The notes below the pieces were generated by a model that saw nothing but the letters and a program-made list of their open reading frames with translations, was not told the origin of the DNA and searched no databases. Shown one piece after another: positions 40,809 through 54,134 of a DNA stretch of 64,000 nucleotides. The stretch comes from Trichoplax adhaerens (taxonomy: Eukaryota > Animalia > Placozoa). The stretch's first letter is position 1, and each line of letters opens with the position of its first letter. The DNA lies in the NCBI RefSeq assembly GCF_000150275.1, contig NW_002060948.1, forward strand, positions 2,348,180 to 2,412,179. The letters run 5' to 3'. The position numbers and the translations under genes are program-made.

Positions 40809-43800
40809 CGGCCATACAGTACATAGCTACAACTATTTACTGTACTTTCAGTAAGCATACAGCACATTTTGTCCCAGAACTTTTTCCCGAAAAATTTTTG
40901 TCGATTTTCAATAAAATACATATCAGTCGATAGAAGAAGAGTTCAATTATAAGAATCCATTGGTACATACTGTACAGTAGTAAAGTCTACAGTACTATAG
41001 AGACTTAGTAAGCACACCGTACTCTACACTGTACACTGTACTATACTAGAGTACTTTTATGGTTAGACGGGCACCAACATCGAGTGCGATTGAGTATCCA
41101 TGGATATTCGGTAATAAATTTACTTGAAGCTCAAAGATATTGCTAAGACTTCTATATATATGACATATCTAGCTGTATATACAGTATATACAGCTAGGCG
41201 AAATGAAGATTTTCCTCTGTAAAATGGTTTTAGTCGGTGAACTGTATACCAGTACCTTGTGCAATGTTATGTATTTCAGATCGAAAAGCATGTCTGTCGA
41301 TTGAAGAGGATAGAAGTAGATTTATTCAAGAATCACAAACAAAACATCAGCTGATGTTGTTACCAAGATAGAGAGAGATACATCATCATTAAAAAGAGTA
41401 GATCAAGATTGCTCTTAATAAGTAAATGCATATGATGATATAGGTAGTGACATACTGTAGATCAAGACATATGAATGCACTCACTGCACCGATTCTATTA
41501 TACTGTACAATAGTCAAATGCGAGGTGGCTGTCATGACGAAGACGATATAATGAACTAATAGTAATAATATTACATACTGGACAGTATTTTACTATAAAG
41601 AAAAAAATGTGCTTATAGGACAACATACTCTACGCCCGCAGATGTTTCACAAATCAATCACTGGCGGGTATACTCGTAGTTGCGCAAAATAAAGCCTTTC
41701 CTATGTAAAATGCTTGTTGGACAGTAATATATCGTATACGCAGTCTACGTACATGTACTCGTACATGATTGGCCATATTACAATGGACACGCAGGATTAT
41801 TTCATAAATGAATTACTGCGTATACTGCTGCGCAAAATGAAAATTTTCATCTGTTCAATAATTAATTATTAGACGGTGTATTATGCCAAGTATATCGCGA
41901 CTGTTTTAGCTGCCAGTTACGTAAAAAACCATTGACGATATCAAACTTGAACAATACTGACGGATGCTAAGACTAATAATTACAAGAAGGAGTGACCAAT
42001 GACAATCCTATATCCAACTACAGTCACCTAGTCAAGTTCGAACTCGTCTGCTGGTTGTCATTAACTGGTCCGCCAATGTATAAATTAACCTATCTTTCGA
42101 TTAGTTTATAAACTGCAAAGGCGATTTATTCAGTTTACTTCAACTTAAAATTCACTGTACCATAGATCATATGGTTCCTATGATTTACCGGCTAATTGTA
42201 CTGATCTAGAAGTAGCTCAGAAAGCGTAGGGAATACGGAAATTTTTCTATTGCGTGTACGGTGGTATCCAATTGATCAGATTGTGTATTTAGGAGCTGAG
42301 GGTTAAAAATATTAAACCATCATTTCTAGCTATAATGAGCTTGCAAAACGTATATATGTATCCGCGTATAAATCAACAATTTTTAGCCATACTAAAGTGA
42401 TAAAGGTAAAGTATAAGATAAAATATTCGATAATACTCATTTGAAAGCGCTTTAATTTGTGGAGTTAATAAGCAAGAGTCTATCCTGTCAAGCGCTATAG
42501 AAACTAATCGGCCTCATTATAATTATCACATATAGTCCTAGGTGCCGTTCTCTATCGTAGTAAATTTAATTTTGATTAAATTTTAAGATCCAACATCAAT
42601 AACCAATGCTTTTGTTCTGTAATACTGAATTACTTCTATTCGATTCGAATGTTCTGATTATTTATAATTTATGATTAAGATTAATTAATCCCCCATTACC
42701 CACTAGATATCCGACAATAAATGATAGGACGACATTACTCTCAAAAACTTAGCATATCAGCAAGATCCACTACAGATTCCTGTTTCTATACCTTTATGCC
42801 AGTAAAATGGATATTGACCTTGCTATATTGTTGGACAGTTTATACTTTCATAGAACAAAAAGGGGATGAGCTTAGGGTACAATCCCGTAACTTCTTCGCA
42901 GTTATTTATTAAGTCAAAGAAATAGGAAGTGAGGACCTTGGAAATGGCTTTCAATTGGCATCATAACTCATGATCTATCTTTAGTTACACCTAATTTCTT
43001 CAATAAAATATTCATAAAGTAATTAATAATACTCAAATTGAATAAGATCTCACGAATCAGTCACTACTATAGGAATCGATACATGCAAATGCTTTCTGTT
43101 TATGTTAAAGCCAGAAAGTCGGTGCATCATTTTAATTTTACATCAGATATGAAAATATAAAGATTTAGAATATTTACCTACATTATTGTAGAATACGCAG
43201 ATTTAATATTAGACTCGGTGATACCTTAAAGTCTTTCTATCTATAAAAATGTATCACTGACAGTATTAAGTAATAAACATTAAATTATAAATTGATGGCT
43301 AAAGTTTTACTGATCATAATCGTACCATTCGGATAGTTGACGTTACAATATAGTGTTTTGGGCCATAATTTTTATCAAATTTATATATTAGTAAAGAGAA
43401 ATTATTCTAATACCAGTTACAAGGCAAATGTTTAATTGTAGTTGCTACTAAATAATTTACATGCAAATGAGATTTAACTATCAATGCAAATTCGGAATTT
43501 CTTTTTACGGCCAAGAGTTGACATACTAGCTGATTCATGAGAAATTAATTTATTGTAGAATCAAGGCTACATTGGTATTGTATCAATAAGTATTGATTCA
43601 TTTGATATGAAAAAGTTAGTGATACTACCTTATTCATTTAATAAATTTCATAGCTGTTAGAAAATATTACGATCAATCGGTTATTGTGACAAGAGTACTT
43701 TTAGATTCGAATTTTATAGGCATAAAATTTTAAATAAGCAGTAGCGCCATTTCGTGACTTGTAGATAAAATCATAAGGTAATGTCACAACTGTCTTAATA

Positions 43801-45663
43801 TCTAGGAGGATATTAAAAGCAAAATACAAGTAGAAATTATAAACGTTCTCATAGCGGTATAAAATTAATTTAATTAACCTTAAAAATATCATGAATATTC
43901 CTATATTTGTAATAGGTTAGGTACAATGCTTCCGCTCTCAAGCATAAAGGCACTATATTTGCTTTTAAAGAGTGAATTCCCCAAGATCTTGAAATAATTC
44001 AACTTATGTGAAGTAGGGCAATATCACTAATAATACTTTTATCGATTTATAATTCGTAGAAGATTAAAACATGAAATATTATTGGTTTCTTATTCACGTG
44101 GCTGTTGATCATATCAGCTGAACCGTATATGGTACATGAAATAAGAATAAATAATTCATTCTTAAATCTTTTCCGTCAAGCTGTTTATTCAAGTGTACCG
44201 ATTTATTTTGATAATTCTTCATGTTATAATCCTATCTTTAATTCTCCTAAAAGTTACTGACACAATGTTCAATTAACCTTTATTTATTTTTACTAAATAT
44301 ATATAAAACATGCTCATTTAAGAAATTCTACACAACTATTTAATGAAATTCACTATTATTGGTTTCTTTAACTGTAGATAAAGCTTTGTATTGCAAAATA
44401 ATTTTAATCATCATGTTTGAATATGCATACAAGTATCTTTGTAATTTATATATCTATATCAGAAACAATATAAATTATTTAACTGCCTTCGCGTTAAGTA
44501 AACAGTCTAATGGACGCAAGAAGTAGCAATTTTTAATTTGACCGGTTAAAATTTACTATTCTATAAAATATCAATCTAAGATACAATACGAATTCATTTT
44601 CAAGTTATTAATATAAAGGATCTAAATTTGATGTCAATCATTTACGTAATGATTTATTTAATAAAAAGTTACGCAATGAAACTACATAAAAATAGTATGA
44701 TGAACATCTATCATTTAATCGGTAAGAGTATTTTATATAAATTGGTAATTAAATCGCATGGACAGGATACAATATTTGACAAGCACCCTAAATTGTCGTA
44801 AGTACACTATATGGCTAGGATATATAGATCGTAAATAAGAATTTATTAGAACAAAATACTTGCTATTTTCTATAATTTAAGTAATCTAAATTTGATCAAC
44901 ATATTACGCAAAAGCAAGAAATAACGATTGTATTGCTTTTCATCCTAAGGAGCCTATCAGCAAGTCCATCATGGAATTAATATTCGCTAAATAATGAAAA
45001 AATTTTCGGTAACAATACTTTTTGCGTCATAGCTTACTTTAAAAGAAAATCGGATTTTCATACGTTTCGAATTCAAATCAGAAAACATTATTATGATGAG
45101 AGAGTTTAAGAATTCTTAGTTAAGTTCTAATATTCATTACAAGTATTTTTCACAATCAAAACAGGTCAGGGAAAACTTGAAACTCTCTTATTAAAGTAAA
45201 AATTAAAATAAATAGTTCTTGACAAGATGAGGAGCGTTCTTTCAGCTGGTGCAGAACTTATTTTAATCATGGTAAGTTAAAAAATATGTCAAGATCGGAT
45301 ATCTTAATTTTACTGATTTCCATCTTGATTTATGGAGTATCTTATGATGAATTATGTTGCACTTTGATGCGCTTATTTATAAAAGAATTCAAATTATCTA
45401 CCTGTGAAAATAATTCTCTAACAGTATCAAGTATAATAAAGTTTTACTTCGACTGATGATATACGCATATTTTTACGACAGCGACAGCAAATGCTTTAAA
45501 AATTTAAAAATCTATCTTCTAACTATGAAGTAGTTGATCGTATACAATTTTCAATTATACTCAGCATTGGATTATGGCTTTTAATAACTGTATAACTGGT
45601 AGAACTACATGAAAAGAAAGGTGATCTTGCGATAATTTAAAGCACTTTATTTTAGATGCACTC

Positions 45664-46105
45664 TGTCACAAACCAGCTTCGTGACCAAGATAACGTAAAA
45701 CAAATCTCTAAATTACTATAGTCTCCGGGATTCAGTATCCCTTAACTATCTCACAAGAATTTAGACGCCTTTGATTCCACGTTAAACTCAACTAGACAAT
45801 TGAGAACTACTTTATTCAACTATTTGACGGGCTTATATACCCTTCTACAGCAGTTAACATTCGCGAGTCATCGTATAAAAATACTTAGGTGAGAACATCT
45901 ACTAACTAATTTTTCACATTCAGACTACAATATGTCCATTCACAGAATCATTTCAGTGCACATTACAACGCAGCATTAGATTTACTGTAACACATTTATA
46001 ATTAGAGTAATTCGTATTGTAAGTAACTAGTAGTAATATATTATCACTATATTATATTCACCAAATTTAGACAGCTATTTCTTCACGGTAGTTCGTACCG
46101 TGACA
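45664..46105 (-). mobile_element. Solo LTR copy 3 (inverted), TSD CACTC/GACTC
   Basis: Reverse complement of copies 1 and 2; 442 bp; flanks match at 4 of 5 bp. Confidence 0.9.
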
Positions 46106-46986
46106 GACTCGTACTTCATTTTGTCACTAATAGGCATCAATCTATTAAGGAATATAGATTTCAATATCGATCCGTCTTTGAAAAGTTTAAGGATAACATA
46201 ATTTTTTACATCGATAAAATTTCACTGTGCAGTGCTATTTGTTATCGCTTTATTATTTGAGACTAGTGCAAGTATGCAAGTATAAACATCCATAAATTAA
46301 TTCGATTCATGTCGATAATTTAGATATAAGGGCACCACCAATTAATATATTATATGGATAAATACTTAGATTAAAATTGAAGGCATAATAAGGTAATGCA
46401 TTATAAGGTAACTAAATAGAAAATGTAATCTTGAGGATATCAATCATATCAGAAAATTTACTATCATATGATTGTGATCATATTGTCCGGATAGCAGATA
46501 CTGTATTATCAATCCTAATGAGTTAATCTTACTTATATGCAATTAAATATCAAGAACATTTCTATCACACCTTAGATCATTCCTTAAATTTGTCTTATGT
46601 CAGAGTATACATGCGCATGAATCAACCCCTAGATATAACTAAAATGCAAGCAGTAAAAAAATTATTGACTAAGCAATTGAATGTAAGCGAATTACTAAAA
46701 TTTGTAGAATTAATGGAAGAGATTGATGTGTTATAATGAATTGTCAGGGGGAATAGAACATAAAATTACAAATTTATCGTCCTCTGATACATTAAGCATT
46801 ACAAGATGCAGTTGCAGCAATGGTTAATGCATCTAATGATTCTCTAAAAGTTAGTTTTTATCATAAAAATTATGACAAACAAGAATTATGTACATCTGTC
46901 GCTTTTATCTCATGAAATTAGTGCTACTATCTATAAAACTGTGTCTTCTATCAAACTTTCATGAGACGTAAATATTGTTTCTTTAG

Positions 46987-49900
46987 ATATATTTTATGCA
47001 TTGACTTTACTCTGCCATGTTCAGGTATAAAGCTTATTAAAATGATTAATTACCATATTATACTTTATATTCTGTAACTAAAGGCTTTTGTTATAATCAA
47101 CAAATTTGACGAGGGAAAAAATATAAGTACTAATCATGTTTATTCATCAACTATTTAATTCATTAGCTGTCTACTTTGATTCTTAAGACCTATGCCTCAT
47201 CGTATTTACGTGAGTTAATGTTCCTTAATGAAGTGTTTATTTCACTCATAAGGAAAAATCAAAATTTATGATAGTGATTTACTGATTTTCTGTATTAAAT
47301 ATTAAATTGATTTATTTGTTTCCTTTAAAAAATTGCTTCTCTTATTATTGTGAACTTACGGAATATTTTCAGCGTGCCCATCAAATTGGACTACCATCCA
47401 AAATGGCACCAAATGTATACAAATATTCTTTGCTCCTAATAATGTATTCCGCTATAATTATTATGAATCGCTCGATATATGTAGTTCACATAATGCGAGC
47501 CTTCTAGTAGTAAAAAATGCAAGCGTATGGAATGAAACCTCATGGTTACTATCCTTACCAACGATGCAATATCACGGTTTATGGATTGGTTTAAGGTCGC
47601 AACACTCATTCAATAACATAAGTAATTATGCTTACAAATGGATTGATGGCTCGAATACCAGTTTATTCCATAACTGGCTAACTACCCCTTTAGTGGGCTC
47701 AATTTCAACAGAGTTGTGTGTTGCAACACTTAGACCTTTAGGATGGAAATGGTTTCAGTATAATTGTAATACAACCTTTCTTGATGGATTTATATGTGAA
47801 AAATGTGAGTTGCATGTAGAATTATTGACAGCAGGATTTAAGACTCCTGTTAATTTAAAGGATCTAATTCCAACATACAAATAAATAGATTTTATAGATC
47901 ATTTTAAATATTAGACTACTTTGCATAAATTTAATTACTTCAGAATTGCCAATGTAATAGTGCATTTAATATATATTTATTTCGAACGTAAGCAGAATTG
48001 GAAAATATTCTTTCTGTAAATAAAACTTGCTTCTAGATGTACTCGTAGTCTTAATACAAAGGTATCAATATAAATTATATCATGTTACAATTGGATATAT
48101 GGATTCAGCTACTGCATTTACTACATTTGCAATAAGCGAGTATACTATCCTGCTATGATCAAGCAATTACTTACTGGATTTCGTTTTATTTATTAAAGTT
48201 AGCTGCAAATTCTATATCGAATTGAGGCTGAAAATACGGTATCACTACTTTCCAAGTTGACCTTTAGAAAATTTTTTTCTAAATAGATTTGGTTGTCACT
48301 ATTATATAAGCACAAATTTTTAAAGTTCTGATAGGAACTCCTGTTCACTTTTGCTAAAATTGAATACAGAAAGTAGTTCTCCACAATAGCAATTTGCATC
48401 ATGCCTTACGATTCATACGTATGGAACCTATACTTAATTAGGAGATTAGAATTTTAAATTTATTTCCGTCATAAACTGAAGTAACTCTGAAAGTAACAAA
48501 AATGTTTATATGGATCATTTACCTAAAAGCTGTTATATATTTAAGATAGTTGAAAGTGCTATGAACACACAATATTATATAGAATTTGCGTTCGTACTGA
48601 TATTCTATTTTATTTATTATTTTAGTCGCGATACCCGTGAAGATTTCGCCTGAGGTATTATAAATATATTTCCATACGGCAAAGCAGTACTACTTACACG
48701 TACAACCTCTTCCATCATATACAGTGTATAATATCTTACCAGATCCATCTTTAAACTATTCTGTCCCTTATGATCATGTATGATAAATTGAAATACATCA
48801 TGTATAACTTTGATGCTTGCCAAATATACAACGATAGACTATAGTTGATACTGCTCTAAGAATATCTTCCTAATCTTTAATTTAAATTCAATTTAGAAAC
48901 ATCTGCAATATGTATCTAATACCATTAGAAATCAAATCTATGCCAATGAGACCAGTGATAAAAGTATTGGCCAGCTGGAGGCTGCTAGTCAGCTTTTGAG
49001 TAGAACATGGGAAAATATTGCCATCAGTCGCAAAAATGATACTCTTAAATTCATTGTATTAAATGTAATTTATTAAAGATTTCTTTATAATATGTTAAAT
49101 GAACAAATTAAAGGCATCCTCAACTTTATCATTATACTGATAACTGTTAATATTAACCAAATTTTATAAATCTCATGCTTTTAGGAATCTATTGAAATAA
49201 CTCAAGTTCTGTTTAATAAAGCTGAAACTTTAATAAGGGCTGGATGGAAGAATGTAATTATATTGATTTTAAATCGATTTTTCTGCAATTATTGTTTCCT
49301 TTTTTTTCTAAAAGCCATTAGAATCTTTAATAAAATTCCAACTGTACCTATATCTATAAAGGATATTAGATCAGAATAAGCTCTCACCCATTAATTTTAT
49401 TTAATTAGGCGTTAGATCCTATCCTGGCTACCATGAAGAATCTAGAAAAGTTAACAGTTCGGGTTGCTGGTACTCCATTAAGGAATCCGATTGTAATCCA
49501 AACAACTCGAATGGGTGAGGAAAATTCAAATAAAAGTTAATATAGCCAGTATAGGAAATCTGTTGTTATTGCGTTACAATAATTGAAGTGAATTGTCTAG
49601 TATTTTTTTCGAGAAAAAGATTTAAGTACATTAATGCAGTACTTTGCACTCTTACAAGAGTGTGCATATGTCAAATCATGAGAGAATAGCTGATTTTAAC
49701 GGTTATTAAAATGATCGTAAGCAAAGATGATAATATTTTTTTGCGTTTATAGGATGTTAAAGTTGTAGTTTTACAGTATATCCTAGTACGATCCTTTATT
49801 AGATTATATTCAAAATGCAGAGCAGAAGCAGTAATCTCTGCTTCTACAATTTCTGAGTAATTAATTAATAAGTAATTTATGTATAGCTGTACTTATAATT

Positions 49901-52900
49901 TTTATTAAATGCTTTCAAAGGCACATAGAAAGTGTCAGCTACCAACAACTGAAGTAGGCTCTGCAATCTACTTGTTACTAAATTTAAATCAAGCAATTAA
50001 GTCGAAATTATCGAGATTTTATAATCTTCTTATTCTTGGCATTAAAGTCTTAAATTTTTTATCTTTATTTTCTTATAAAATTTAGAATTAAGAATGGAAA
50101 AAATAGACACGCCATATTCTACCTACATCGGCCTTCAAACCACTACAAATAACTGGCTTCAATTACATTATGATACGAATTTAGGTAAATATAGAATCAT
50201 TAACTTCATAAATTACATTGCCGTACATGAAATTATTATAATTTCTTTATAATGATATTTAAAACCTAATATTAAATACAAGTACAAGATAATAATTTAA
50301 CCTATTCCTATATTATACTGATCTTTCTAGTTAATAAGTCCAATGTCGTTGTAATTATTTACAAGAACTACAGGTAAAATCGAATGTACTCATATAATTT
50401 GTTATTTCATAGTGTTCTGGATAAGTGGCTACTATAAGCGTGTAATTTGCATTACTTGATCTGTTGCAATGAAAATTTGATTATATTCGGATCAGTGCCA
50501 CGAATATTAATATAATACGTAATTTAGAATTCCTACTTTATTATTTTCTAAACGCTATTTTGGAAAATTAATAATTATGTTTACTTTTTGCAATGAAAAT
50601 TACAGATTGTTCTCAGAGTTACCTTCGGAATCTAGCTTAGACGTCAATACCAATATCGTTTCGTGCTCTTTAGTTTCAACGATTAATTCTTCGAAGATTC
50701 AGCCTACTGAATTTCAATATCTGCTTAGTAATTACAAAGTAAGTAGTTTCCTCTTCTTAAAATATCAAAAAGCCATAAAATATATATTGGTGAATACTCT
50801 TATACAGTATCAAAGCTGTATGGATATAATAATATGAAAGTATTGTATCATCCAGTAAGTGCTGTTTAATTTCATGTTAATAAAAATAGGAACGAGTAGC
50901 TTTGAGCGACATTCAGTGTTCATATTGGAATTTTAATCAAAGGTAAGTCTTATAACTGGAAGAAACTCTTATCCGTAATATTCTGCTCTGTTAACCCACT
51001 TGTAATATTATAATATGGAGATTAATTACAGTAGCCGTTCTTTTTTTCACTTAATCCAATACTTTAATTTCAGTAATTGGTCAACATCTGGTTGCAACTT
51101 TGTTCGCCAATACTACGGAAGAACCCATTGTAGATGTAACCATTTAACCCATTTTGCTGCGTTAATGATCGTAACCAACACAACGGTACGGGTTAATCTT
51201 AGCGTAAAGAATATGTTCAAGTTATACAAACACAGCGTTATCATCTCTGATTTAATTGTTTATATGACTTTCTACAACCAACGGTAGGTTAACCAGTATC
51301 ACTCGAAAATTTTGGGAACTATTGGGATTGCGGGTGTAGTAACATCAGCCGTTTTTTTACTCTTCACTCTGATTATCTTGGTGTCATTAAGGTAAAATTC
51401 TACCATTAATTCCATTATATTATGACACTTTGCATTATGTGTAGCAATTTCAGTTTTTCGAAGTGAAAATCAATCCTTTAGAATTATTTATTGTAATTGA
51501 TTTGCTAGGAATCTACGATCAGATCGTTTTTTTATACACAAAAATCTGTGTTTAGCATTACTACTAGCCAACGTTAGCGCTGTCATTACATCGCAAGCTT
51601 ATCTTCATCATGTAAGTATTAACATTTTTATGGTAAATGACGATTGCTTAATCGAATTATTGAGACTTGAGATTGAAACATTGATGATATTTATGGCGAC
51701 CTCATAAAGCCGTTTTTTAGATTATTACCGCAATCTAGCTAGATTACGCACTTATAAATTCGTCTTGGGCTGTGAATTTTTCTCAAAATTTTGATATTTC
51801 GATGCGATAAAATTAAAAACCCCGTACTAAAGATTTTGTTGAACTATATGAGTTTCTTCACTAAATTTGTCATCAAAAAATTACTTCCTTTTGATCTGAT
51901 ACTATTAATAATTCTTGTTCCTTAAGGTCAAAACAATCGTCGTTCTACTTCGCATACTGTCTAAAATTGTTGTAAATCAAATTTTTTGTTGTTTATTATG
52001 GTGTAATATAAATTAAAATTTTCTTATATATGTTGCTTTCACATTATGATACGTCATATTCGATTTTGAATAGATAGTTTAAATTTTATTTTCATAGGCG
52101 GTATAACAGATTTTGTTGAATTAAAACGGAATATTTAAAAATACTAGTATATTACCAAGTATCAACTGTATGAATTATAACTAATTTTAAGGTTAACGTT
52201 TCGATAGACTGCATGCAAAGTAAGTGCTATTATTCAACATTTCCTATTTACCGCTGCCTTTACATGGATGCTGGTAGAAGGTCTCCACCTTTACTTATTA
52301 ATGGTCAAAGTTTTTACTTCGGGACGCAGTAAAACGTTCCTATACGTGTTCGTCGGTTGGGGTATGTTATAAGTACTATATGATCTATCTACATATAAAT
52401 GTCGACCTAGCTAGCTTATTTAAACTTAAGTTTACTCACTAAGAGCTCTATGATAAATTACTAAAGTAGTTTTGCAATGGATTCGATCAGCTGATATTTT
52501 TCATTTCGATGTTTTCTTAACAGAAAATTTCATTTTAATCATTTAAAACTAATTTCAGGCATTCCAGTAATTATAGTCGCAACATCTATAGCCATTCGCT
52601 TTAATGATTATGGCTCCAATCGAATGTAAGATAAATCAATATGTATTCTCAATCAAAGATAGGGATTAAATATAGTATACGCTCAAACTACCTCTACGCT
52701 TCATGATCTGTTGATTTAGCTGCTGGTTATCGATAAAAAATGGATTGATATGGGCTTTTGTTGGGCCTGTAATTGCTATCATAACGGTAATTAAATCGAA
52801 TGACAACTTCTTGAGTCATTTATTTTTGTTTACATCGTAAATGAGGCACCATTGAACGCAAATTTTTTTATCTATATTTAACTTTTCTGCAGATCAATTT

Positions 52901-54134
52901 TGTGATATTTATCCTAGTTGCCAGAATAATATGTCGGTCTTCATCTCCCGTTGCAATTGAGCAGAAAACAGCCGATTTTGCGACTATAAAGTAGTTTTTC
53001 AAGTCAATTTCACATAGAATAATTATTTGGAAGAATACAATTCCTTTTATAAAGAAAATGATACCATATTATCGATATATAGGTCAACTTTGCGAGGTGC
53101 CGTCATACTGGTTCCAATCCTTGGATTAACGTGGATTTTCGGTGTACTTACCATTAATGAGCAGACGCTATTCTTTGATTATATCTTCGTAATAACTAAC
53201 TCACTTCAGGTAATCACAGCACTTTTATCAAATCAAATCTATATAAATAAGGCTAAATCTGTAGACGGTGCTCTATTGTTCATAATAGCTCCTCCCTCCC
53301 TATAGTTTGATATCTTGTAACTTCTTTATTTATGAACTATCATTATGTTAATTTCTAATAGAACTGATGTAATCAGTAATCTATATAACTTGCATCTTTC
53401 AGGGCTTCTTCATCTTTCTGTTTCATTGCGCCTTAAACAGCGAGGTTATCTTATTATATTGCTTTTATGGCGTCGTTTAATTTCAGTTTATCTTTTTTAC
53501 GCAGATTCTTCTTATATTAGATCGTCTTTTGATTATTACATTGAATACTGTTGCATATCCGTAAAAAGGGCAAATAAACGTCTTACATTCTATAAATTTC
53601 AGGTTCAAAATGCATTAAAAAACAGAATTGGACAATATGATGCTGTCAAGCAGTTAAATAATAGCCCTCAAAATAATTCAAACGGCAAGCAAGGGAAAAA
53701 TACCGGCAATAACGTGGTAATTAAGTCGTACTTAGCACTAGTACATGTTAAATGTTTTAGAGCTAAGGAATGATAAAAGTAAAAGTATTTCATTTATGTA
53801 TACTCTCGAGTGCTTCTTCGTAATTAATACAGTTAAATTCAATTCATTATTTGTAATTATACTAAAAATTAGCACAGTTTAAGATATTTATTAATTACTA
53901 ATTCAGAAATTAATTTTAGTTCTTAGTACATATGCTAGTCATTGGGTAGCATTTTACCTTTCGTCTATCATTGATTAAAAAATAAAGATTTTGGTATTTT
54001 AATGAATTTAGGAATCATGGAATGGACATCATTCGAGTACACTCAATAAATTTAAATCAGAATTTTATCAAAATAATACCGGTAATCATGATGACTTAGT
54101 AGTCGTAAGAAAATCATTTGAAAGTAAATCTTAG
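46987..54134 (+). CDS. Adhesion GPCR (class B2) with C-type lectin domain, GAIN/GPS and 7TM; paralog of the minus-strand gene; 5' end unresolved
   Basis: CTLD exon 47373-47804 (CPSNW..C..WIGL..CV..W..C..FICE); GAIN exons; GPS exon 51074-51185 (CRCNHLTHFAALM). 7TM motifs: IHKNL, FTWMLVEG, CWLSIKNGLIWAFVGP, VPILGLTWIFG, NSLQGFFIFLFHC. Ends KSFESKS* with TAG at 54132-54134. Confidence 0.92.

Noticed and set aside
41410-41460. Ankyrin-like fragment (NAYDDIGSD)
   Set aside because: A single short weak match flanked by stops.
42001-42060. tRNA-like remnant (GACAATC...AAGTTCGAACTC...GGTTGTCA)
   Set aside because: Only ~60 nt, with no credible D or anticodon arms and a poorly paired T stem.
45227-45271. 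Candidate first exon of aGPCR2 (MRSVLSAGAELILIM|gtaag)
   Set aside because: It ends in phase 0, which is incompatible with the next identified exons unless another exon intervenes; left out of the model.
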